Shown one piece after another: positions 34,068 to 42,909 of a stretch of 42,909 nt of DNA (position 1 is its first letter; each line of letters begins with the position of its first letter). The translations under genes and the position numbers were made by a program. This DNA is from Cyanophora paradoxa CCMP329 (Eukaryota > Plantae > Glaucophyta): contig QPMI01000211.1 of NCBI GenBank assembly GCA_004431415.1, forward strand, positions 1-42,909. The letters run 5' to 3'. Below the pieces are notes generated by a model that did no database searches, was not told where the DNA came from, and saw only the letters and a list, made by a program, of their open reading frames with translations.

Positions 34068-34752
34068 AGGACGAGGAACTTCTGGATGGGGAGGACGGCG
34101 GCCGCCACGACGAGGCCCACCACGCCGCCCGCACCCACCGACGCCCACCGGAACCACCGCGTCACGTCCAGCAGGCCCGGCAGCGCCCCCAGCGGGCTCC
34201 ACGCCAGCGGCGGCTGCTTCCCGCCTCCCACCCCGGAGCCGCCGGCCTGCGCGTCTGCGCCCCGCTTCTCTCCCTCGGCTGCGCTGTAGCTATCGAGCTG
34301 CGACTGCAGCTTCCCGAAGATCGCAGTGGCCGCCGCCTGCGCCGCAGCGGTGATCTGTTCTGGAAGGCCCTCCACGCTGGGCGGCTTCTCGGGATCGCCC
34401 TCTTCATGCGAGCATCGAGCCGCTCTGGAAGTGCGTGTTCGAAGCGACGGGTCCTCGAGGGCGCCCAGTGCCTGCGTGTGCGATCAGAGACAGCTGCGTC
34501 TGGCTTGCGCGGCGTGGCGCGTACCCTGCGGGCGATCGAAGAGCACAGGAACGAGGATCTCTTCGCTTCGAACCGCGGCTGGTGCGCTCCTGTGCTCTGC
34601 GGGAGCGCCTGGAAGGCCAATTCCGATTCTTTCCGCGCTGCACGCGCCGGCCTCGCCGAAGTGGCCGGTGCATACCACCCAATCGCCAGAGGCCGCGTGC
34701 GCGCCCCGGGAGCGGCCGGAGGCGCGGCGAAAGCCGCGGCTTCTGCAGCCAT
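32492..34752 (-). CDS. YcjF/DUF697-family protein of cyanobacterial type, degenerate GTPase domain, probable plastid transit peptide
   Basis: N-terminus MAAEAAAFAAPP, Ala/Arg/Ser-rich for ~100 aa; two hydrophobic helices. C-terminal GPELLAENALYQ..LVEAYQW..AKMAEEVAGAYG..GRAQELAESV..LADYFEGGGWGEGG..EEFVRQA resembles cyanobacterial DUF697 GTP-binding proteins (recognised from memory). Confidence 0.72.
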
Positions 34753-34809
34753 CCGAAGTCCCCCACCGGGATTCGATCGGCAGTCTTTCGCCACCTCGGC
34801 GATCGTGAA

Positions 34810-37800
34810 ATGCGCGCTGAGCCCCGTAGCGTCGCCCAGCCTCAGCTAGGCGAACGCGCGCACCCGTTGCTGAGCCGCTCACGCCTAGCGCAGGGCTTCG
34901 AGGCTGTGCGTGAAGAACATCCCGAAGCACCTCAACGAGAAGCGCTTAAAAGAGCACTTCGAGACCAAGGGAGAGGTCACAGATGTCAAGATCATCCGAA
35001 CAAAGTGCGCCCCCGCACGATCGCAGAGCTCGAGCAGCGAGCGCGGAGCAGCGAGCGAGGGGCAGCGAGCGGGGAGCAGCGAGCGCGCGGGGGAGCTGCA
35101 GGTGCTGACTTGCGCTCGCAGAGACGGGCGCTCGCGGCAGATCGGGTTCGTGGGCTACCGCTCGGAGAAGGAGGCGAAGGCGGCGCGCCACTACTTCAAC
35201 GGGACGTACGTGGACACCTCGAAGATCAGCGTCGAGTTCGCCAAGGCGGTGCGCCGCCGCTCGCGGCTGCGGCGCGCGCCGGGGCCGCCGCGCGACGCCC
35301 CCGCAGGTTGGGGACCCGTCGCTGAGCCGCCCCTGGAGCAAGTACTCCCAGGGTAGCAGCGCCTACGAGAAGCGGCACCCGAGCGCGGACGGCGGGGCGG
35401 GCAAGAAGGACGGGCAGCAGGGCGAGAAGGGGAAGAAGGCGCCGCGGGGGGAGGACGCGGTGATGCAGCTGGCGCGGGAGGACCCGCGGTTCAAGGCGCG
35501 CGCCGCGGGGCGGGGCCGCGGCGCGTACGCGGCGGGGGCTGAGGGGCGCGCAGGAGTTCCTGGAGGTGATGGCGCCGCGGACGAAGGGCAAGGTGTGGGG
35601 CAACGACGAGGCGGCCCCCGTGGCGCCCGAGGCGGCCCCCGAGGCGGCGCCGCTGGAGGTGGCGGAGGTGCGGGTGCAGCGCGTGGCCTCGCGCAAGGCC
35701 GGCGGCGACGGCGTCTTCTACGAGCGCAAGCACTTCAAGGCCCGCCCCGCCCCGCCCCGCCCCGCGCCCCCGGCTGCCGCGCGCGACGGGGCGCGCGCGC
35801 AGTTCGAGGACGAGGGGAGCGAGGGGGGCGGGGCGAGCGACGACGAGTACGAGGCCCTCCCCGACGCCGCCCCGCCAGCGCCCCCAGCGGCGACGAGGCC
35901 GAGGAGGAGGCGGCGGCCGAGGAGGGGGCGGGTCGGAGGGGGCGGGGGCGGGGAGGACCACATGGCGTACCTGAAGCGCAAGGTCGTACCCCGCTTCGAC
36001 GAGGACGACGCGGCCGCCGCCAGCGGGCCGGAGAGCGCCCCCGCCGCCTCCACCGACGGCGAGGCCAGCGGCTCCGCGGCCGCCGGCGCCGGGAGCGGGG
36101 CCGAGGGGGCCGGCTCGGGAGCCGAGCCCGAGAAGAAGAAGAAGAAGAGCCGGGCGCAGCGGCGGCGGGAGGCGGCGGAGCGGCGGGCGGCGGCGGCGGC
36201 GGCGGCGGCGGAGGCGGGCGGGGCGGGCCCCGGGGAGGGTGCGGAGCCGGCGGACGCGGGGGAGACGGGCCGCCTCTTCGTGCGCAACCTCCACTACGGC
36301 GTCACCGAGGAGGACCTCCAGAAGCGCGCCCGCCGCGCACGCCCGCCCCCGCCCCCGCGCCGCGTCGAGCCGGGGCGGGGCGGGGCCCGCCGCGCCGCGC
36401 AGGGCCTTCTCCAAGTTCGGGCCCCTCTCGGAGGTGCACGTCGTCACCGACGCGGAGGCGAAGCGCGGCAAGGGCCTCGCGTGCGGCCCCCGCCCCCCGC
36501 CCCCGCCGGGCGAGGCCCCCGGCGAGGTGGGCGCAGGCACGTGCAGTTCATGTTCCCGGAGCACGCGGTGGCGGCGCTGCAGAAGATGGACGGGGTCATC
36601 TTCCAGGGCCGCCTCATGCACGTCCTCCCGGGGCGGCCCCAGCCGGCCCCCAAGGAGCAGCCGCCCGGGCGCGGCCTGGGGGGGACCTCGGCGTTCAAGC
36701 AGGAGCGCGCGGCGAAGCAGGCCTCGCTGCGGGACAGCGAGCACAACTGGGCCGCCATGTACATGCGGGTCCGCCCCGCCGGCCGGCCCCGCGTGGAGCG
36801 GATGGCGGCCTGAGGGGCGCAGGGGGACGCGGCGGTGGGGGCGATGGCGGGGGAGATGGGCGTCGACAAGGCCGCCATCCTCGACCCCACAGCCGACGCG
36901 TCCGCCGCCCCGGCCCCGCGCCCCGCCCCCGTGCCCTGCCCCTGAGCGGGGCGCCGCGGGGGCAGCTCGATGGCGGTGCGGGTGGCGCTGGCGGAGACGC
37001 ACGTGATCGCGGCGACGCGGGACGCGCTGGCCCGCGAGGGGATCAACGTCGAGGCCCTCTCCGCGACGGGCACCGGGGTGCGCAAGGAGCGGAGCCGCAC
37101 GGCGATGGTGGCGAAGAACCTCCCCGCGGGGACCACCGAGGCCGACATCCGCGCCCTCTTCGGCAAGTTCGGGGCCCTCGCGCGCGTCGCGGTGCCCCCC
37201 GCGGGGGCCCTCGCGGTGGTGGAGTTCGTGGAGCGCGGGGAGGCGAAGCGGGCCTTCCGCGCCCTCGCCTACAAGCAGTTCAAGCAGGCGCCCCTCTACC
37301 TCGAGTGGGCCCCCGTCGGCCTCATCGCCGGGCCCGCACCCGCCCCCGCAGGCCCGCCCACCCCCCGCCCTCGCCTCCCCCGCCCCGCCGACGCGGCGCG
37401 CAGGGGCGGCGGAGGCGGCGCTGGAAGCGGGGGCGGAGGGGGAGGGGGAGGGAGACGGGGCGGGTGCGGGGCCCGGGGGCGCGCTGTTCGTGAAGAACCT
37501 GAACTTCGAGACGACGGAGGAGACGCTGCGGCGGGTCTTCGAGCGCGCCGGGCCCCTCCGCTCCTGCACCATCGCCCGCAAGCGCGACCCCCGCAAGGCA
37601 CCGCCCCCGCCCCGCCCGCCCCCGCCCCGCCCGCCCCGTGCGGGGCGTGACGGCGCGCAGGGGGCGGCGGCGGGGGCGACGCTGTCGCAGGGGTACGGCT
37701 TCGTGGAGTTCGCGCGGGCGGGGGACGCGGCGCGGGCGCTGAAGGAGCTCCAGGGCGTCCGCGTCGACGACCACGCCCTCGTCCTCAAGGCGCCCCGCCC

Positions 37801-38483
37801 CCTCCCCCTCCCGCCCCTGACCGCCCCCTCCCGCCCCTGACCGCCCCGGGCAGATCTCCCACCGCAAGAAGGAGGGAGCGGGGGCAGAGGCGGGCCCCTC
37901 GTCCCGCGGGGCGGCCGCGGCGGGGCCCGGCGCTCAGAAGGCGCCGAGCACCAAGGTCCTGGTGCGCGCGGGCGGGGCGGGGCGGGGCAGTGCGGGGCGG
38001 GGGGAGGTGGTGGGGGGAGGGGGCGGGGCCGAGTGTGGCGGGGCGCAGCTGCGGAACCTGGCGTTCGAGGCGACGAAGAAGGAGGTGCGGGAGCTCTTCC
38101 GCCCCTTCGGGGAGGTCCGCAGCGTGCGGCTGCCGAAGAAGTTCGACGGGACGCACCGCGGCTTCGCCTTCGTCGAGTTCGTCTCGCGCACGGAGGCCGC
38201 CAAGGCCGTCGAGGCCCTCAAGAACTCCCACCTCTACGGCCGCCACCTCGTCCTCGAGTTCGCCAAGGCCCGCACCCCCCGCCCCGCCCCGCTGCCCCCC
38301 GCACCCGCCCCGCCCGCCCCTGACGCCCCGCAGGAGGACGACAGCGTCGAGGCGCTGCGGGCGGCGACGGCGAAGCACTTTGCGGGGGCGAGCGCCGGCC
38401 GCGCCGCGAAGCGCCGGAAGATCGACGAGGAGGCCGGCAGCGGCGAGGACGAGGAGATGGAGGACACGATCTTGGCCGCCTGA
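34810..38483 (+). CDS. RBM19: Multiple-RRM 40S ribosome biogenesis factor RBM19/Mrd1
   Basis: MASRLCVKNIPK..GFVGYRSE..RPWSKYS; ETGRLFVRNL..FQGRLMHVLP; SSMAVRVALAETHVI; AKRAFRALAYKQFKQAPLYLEWAP; LFVKNLNFET; LRNLAFEATKKEVRELF..HRGFAFVEF..HLYGRHLVLEFAK. Five RRMs, ~14 introns. Confidence 0.95.
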
Positions 38484-38516
38484 CCCCCGCAGCCCCGCAG
38501 CGTAGTTTTGGCAGCG

Positions 38517-39963
38517 CTAGCGACAGTGAAACAGTGAACAGGGAGAAAGGAGGCGAGGGGGAGGGGGGAAGGAGGGCGGGGCGGGTGCGGGGGGGTGGTG
38601 GGAGGCTTGGGGAGGAGGCGGGCAAGGGAGGTGGAGGGAGCGCGGGGCAAGGCTCCAGCTGAGGCTGGAGGGTGGTGCAACGGTGTGGGGCGGCTGGAGT
38701 GGGCGGCCCGCGGCGGCGCGAGGGTGGCCCGCCGAGCAAGGCGGGAGGGGGGCGGGCGGGAAGGGCGAGGGCCCGGGGGCGGGGCTACCGGACGGGCGGG
38801 GGGCGGCGGAGGTGCGAGAGCGGATGCGCTCGGCCGCCTGCTGCGCGCGCCGCCGCTCCTCCGCCCGCCGCCGCGCCGCCGCCAGCCGCGCGAAGAGCCT
38901 GCGCGGCGGTGGGCGCGGGGCCGGAGGGGCCGGCGGGGCTGGGCGGGGCAGGGCGGGCACCCGCCAAGGAGGAAGCCGGCGGCGAGGCCTCCCGCGTGGC
39001 CCGCAGCGTCCTGCGCGCAGCGTCGGCCCGCACCGCGCCCCCGCCCCGGCGGCCCGCGCCCGCACGATGGAGCCGCAGCCGAAGGGCGCCCGCCCCCGCC
39101 CCGCATGAGGGGATACACGACGCTCATGTAGACCTGCTGGAGCATCGTCCTGCGCCGGCTCGCCCGCTCAGGGGCGGGGCGCGGCGGGGGGGCGGGGGGG
39201 AGGGCGGGGGGGCGGGCCAGACGAAGAAGGGGTCGTCCTCCTCGAGGGCGGACTCGCCGGAGCCGCCGCGCGCCCACGCCTGCGCCACCAGCGCCCCTGC
39301 CGCCCCCTCAGGATCCGGCCCCCGGGACACGCGGGGCCGGCCGGCGCGCCGATGAGGCCGAGGATGGAGCCCGAGGCGCCCACGCCGAGGTGCCGGTTCG
39401 CCGCCGCCGACGCCAGCGCGCACGCCGCCCTGCCGCCCGTACGCATCGGCCGGCCGGCGCGCCGGGCAGGCGGGCGGGCGGCGGCGGGGCGCACCCGAGA
39501 GGCCGTAGATGAGGGCGAAGCGGAGGTGCCCGAAGGCGCGCTCCGCCTGTGCGCGCGCCCGCCCGCCTCAGCTGAGCGCCCGCCGCGCGGCGCGGCGTGC
39601 GCGAAGGCGGCGCACGATGGGCCCGAGGCGGTAGAGGGAGACGGTGTTGGAGAGGACGTGCGGAAGGCCGCTGTGGAGGAAGGCGGAGGTGACGAGGCGC
39701 CACCACTCGCCGGCGGCGAGCCCCTCGTTCGACTTGCAGTACTTCAGCACGAACGCCATGCGCGCGCCCTCCGGCAGAGCCTCCTGGTACGCGAAGAGGC
39801 CCACGTTGGCGAGGAGTAGGCCGCCCGTGAGAAAGGGCCGGCGGCGGAAATCTCGGTACACGCCGCTCGCCCAGTGCGCGAGGGCGCTCCGGCCCGGCGG
39901 TGGCGACGGCGGTCGCGCCGAGCGCGGCGGCGTGCCCGCCGGCGCCCGCCCGAGCACCGGCAT
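38517..39963 (-). CDS. Rhomboid intramembrane serine protease (catalytic residues present)
   Basis: GEWWRLVTSAFLHSGLPHVLSN, GVGASGSILGLIG (catalytic Ser) and DAAGHAGGLAAG (catalytic His). 3' end uncertain; probable single-base G-run errors. Confidence 0.88.
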
Positions 39964-40237
39964 CGCGAAGACGCGCGTCCGCCTCGCGCGTTGGCTTAGC
40001 GCTCCCTGACAGCTGCAGCGCTAGCTATGACCCCTTTGAACAACGCGACGTCGACGGAATTCGAAGTGGCGCACCCGTGACCGCTAAGCGCTGCACGTGC
40101 ACCCCTACCCCTCTGAAGACGCTCTACCCCGCTTGCAGTGCCCTCTCTTTCGCGCTCCCCTCTCTAGAGCGCTCTACAGTTCTGTACATAGCATTACACG
40201 CGGCGGGGCTGCCGCCGGGGCTGGCCGGGGATCGGGG

Positions 40238-42909
40238 TCAGGCGAGGGCCGGCTGCGGCTGCGGCTGGGTCTCGGCCTCGTCGGATGGGTCGTCGGGGAT
40301 GCCGAGCAGCTCCTCGCGCCTGCGCTGCCGGGGCCGGCCGCGGGGCCGGCCGCGGGGGGCGCCGGGCGGGGCGGGGGCGCCGCGGCGCTCGGCGACGAGG
40401 GCGTCGAGCTGGGGATGGAGCAGCGGGCGGGGATGAGGAGGGCACGCCCGTCGCGGGCGACGGCGGCCTCGTCGAGGACGCAGGTGGACTCGCCGGGCAG
40501 GTCCGGCGCGTCGTGCATCGCGTCCAGCAGCAGCCGCTCCATGATCGTCCGCAGCCCGCGCGCCCCCGTGCCCCGCGCCAGCGCCTGCCGCGCCACCGCC
40601 CGCACCCCGCAGTTCGTCACGTGCAGCTCGCACTGCGCCCCCGTCGGTCCCGCGCGGCGCGGCGCAGGCGCGGGCGGGCGGGCGGGCGGGGCGCGGACGT
40701 TGCTCATGGCGAGCTGGCGGCGGTACTGCTTGACGAGGGCGTTGCGGGGCTTGGTGAGGACCTGCCGCGCGGCCGGTCAGCGCGGAGCGGGGGCGGGGCG
40801 GGGCGGGGCCGGGGAGGGGGGGGGCCTCGATGAGCTGCTCCTCGGACAAGGCGTGGAGGATGACCATCACGGGGAGGCGCCCGATCTGCGGCCGGCGCTC
40901 CGTCGGGGGCAGGGGCGGGGCGCGGCGGGGCGCGGCGGGGCGGACGAATTCAGGGATGAAGCCGAACTTGACGAGGTCCTCCGCGTCCGCCTGCTCCAGG
41001 ATCGCCGGGTCCGGCGCCCCGCCCCGCACCGGCGCCCCGAACCCGATGCTCTGCCCCGCCCCTTTCGCCTCGCGGGCGTGGCGGGGGCGGGGGCGGGGGC
41101 GGGCGGACGGTGGCGGCGCAGCGGGCGGCGACGATCTTGTCGAGAGACGTGAAGGCGCCCCCGACGATCTGCGCCCCGCCCCTCAGCCCCGCGCCCCCCG
41201 CCCGCTGCCGCGCGGGGCCCGCGGGGCCGACGAAGAGGATGTTGCGGGTGTCGACGGGGATGGTCTCGCCGCGGGGGTTCTTGCGGCCGCCCTTGTCGGG
41301 GACGTTGACGACCGTCCCCTCGAGCATCTTCAGCAGCGCCTGCTGCACCCCCTCCCCGCTCACGTCCCGCGTGATTGACACGCTCTCCGACTTGCGCTGC
41401 GCGCCCCCGTCACCACCCGCCCCGCGGGGGCCCCGCAGGGCGCGCGGGCGGGGCGGGGCGGGGCGGACGGCGATCTTGTCGATCTCGTCGATGTAGACAA
41501 TGCCGAGCTGGGCGAGCTCGACGCTGCCGCCGGCCTCCTGCAGCAGCTTGTACAGCACCGACTCGACGTCCTCCCCCACGTAGCCCTGCCCCCGCTCAGG
41601 CGCGGGGCGCAGGGCCCGCCGGCGGCGCGGCGCACCGCCTGCGTGAGGCTCGTCGCGTCGGCGATCACCAGCGGCACGTTCAGCTGCGCCCCGCCACACG
41701 CCCCGTCAGCGCCGGCGGGGCGGCGCCGGGGGGCCGGGCGGCCGGGCGGGGGGGCGCCTTGGCGGCGAGGGTCTTGGCGAGGAGGGTCTTCCCCGAGCCC
41801 GTGGGCCCGACCAGGAGGATGTTGCTCTTCTCGATCTCCACGTCCTCCTCCCCGCCCCGCGGCGGGCGCGCCCGGCCCTCCCCCTCCGGCCGCAGGTGCC
41901 CCTCCAGCGTGCCCCGCGCCGGGAGCGCCGGGGCGACGTGCGGGGCCGCCCCGTACTGGAAGGCGTCCGTGGCGGGGGCGAGGAAGGGTGGTAGGGGTCG
42001 CCCCGTCCGGTGCCCGCTGCTCGTCCACCCCGCCCTGCGCCCCGCCCCGCCTCGCCCCGGCCCGCCGCCCCTGCGCACCGCGCCGCGCACCCCGGGCGGC
42101 CCCGAGGGGCTGGCTGGCGTCCCCGTGGGCGTGGAGCTCGGCGGGGGCGTGGGCCCCCTCGAGGCCCGCCCCGCCCCGCCCCGCGCCCGCTCCTCGGCGT
42201 GCCCTGCGCCGGCCCCGCGGCCTCGGGCGGGGCGGGCGGGGCGGGAGGGCGGGCGGACGGCGGAGGCGGGCGCGGTGCTCGAGGGCGCGGGCGTTGCGGA
42301 TGCGGAGGTAGTGGTTGTAGACGGCGACGGCGAGGGCGCGCTTGGCCGCCTCCTGGCCCACCACGAAGTCGTCCAGGTGCGCCCCGATCTCCGACGGCCG
42401 CGGCACCGCCCGCCGCATCACCTCCTCCACGATCTGCGCACCCGTCGGCCCTCGCCCCGCCCACCTCCCCCGGAAGGAGCGCACCGCGCCGGCCTCGAGC
42501 TGCGCGGCGCTGGGGAGGCCGGCGCGGGGGTCGAGGGGGAGGCCGGAGCTGCTGGGGGGCGGCGGGGCGCCGAGCGAGCTCGCGCTCGGGCCCGGGCCCA
42601 CGCCGATGGAGGTCCCCCGCGAGGGCGCCTTCGGCCACGCCGGCCCCAGCCGCTGCCCCTGCGCGTTCTCCTGCGCACCCTCAGCCCCCGCCCCCCCCCC
42701 CCCCCCCCCCTGCAGTTACCGTTCCAATGTACCACGCCACCACGCAGCTCTGCCGCCGCCGCCAGCATGCATGAGGCGCGGGGCGTGTGTGGCGCGCAGC
42801 CGCAACCGCGTGCCCACCTTACAGAACAAGGTCGACTTCTGGGCCGTCACGCGCGCCTCAAGAGAACCTCTGCAGCTCGGGCACGTAATGCGCACAAGCT
42901 CATCCTCTT
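40238..42909 (-). CDS. CLPX: ClpX AAA+ unfoldase (probably mitochondrial), 5' end outside the window
   Basis: [96 protein letters not shown] loop, [11 protein letters not shown]. Confidence 0.96.

Noticed and set aside
39100-39500. Programmed frameshifts in the rhomboid gene (similar cases in C2, DUF697 and ClpX)
   Set aside because: Frame breaks fall in G/C homopolymer runs and are most simply long-read consensus errors.
21140-42774. Long Arg/Pro/Gly/Ala-rich ORFs in the six-frame track (up to 932 aa)
   Set aside because: Artefacts of extreme GC content reading through introns or antisense to the real spliced genes.
23833-42909. Bacterial contig (histidine kinase, clpX, rhomboid)
   Set aside because: All genes are intron-split and flank the eukaryote-specific RBM19.

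Overview
Eukaryotic nuclear DNA in two sharply different compartments. (1) 1-~21,120 is a nested transposon island of moderate GC. Most of it (1-16,722) looks like the right arm of a very large En/Spm (CACTA/CMC superfamily, CACTG-type end) DNA transposon. Evidence: a spliced Tnp1/En/Spm(TnpA)-like domain, CCGAC subterminal repeats in both orientations ending at CAGTG, several degenerate multi-exon orphan genes and internal tandem arrays (~160 bp, ~361 bp, 42 bp). It is followed by an AT-rich element interrupted by a young 2.08-kb non-autonomous LTR element (identical 201-bp LTRs, 4-bp TSD) and a possible small TIR element. (2) 21,300-42,909 is extremely GC-rich, gene-dense host DNA with six intron-rich genes: a C2-domain protein, a dCache-PAS-PAS hybrid histidine kinase (~55 introns, microexons down to 10 nt), a probably plastid-targeted cyanobacterial YcjF/DUF697-type protein whose GTPase motifs are lost, RBM19/MRD1, a rhomboid protease and ClpX. 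Host introns are unusual: roughly a third to a half use GC donors (AG|GCCCGC), and many have a C-rich 5' half and a G-rich 3' half with no polypyrimidine tract. The organism is probably a glaucophyte such as Cyanophora (inference). All gene models and domain calls are manual parses and motif recognition, not database results; most long ORFs in the supplied track are GC-rich artefacts.
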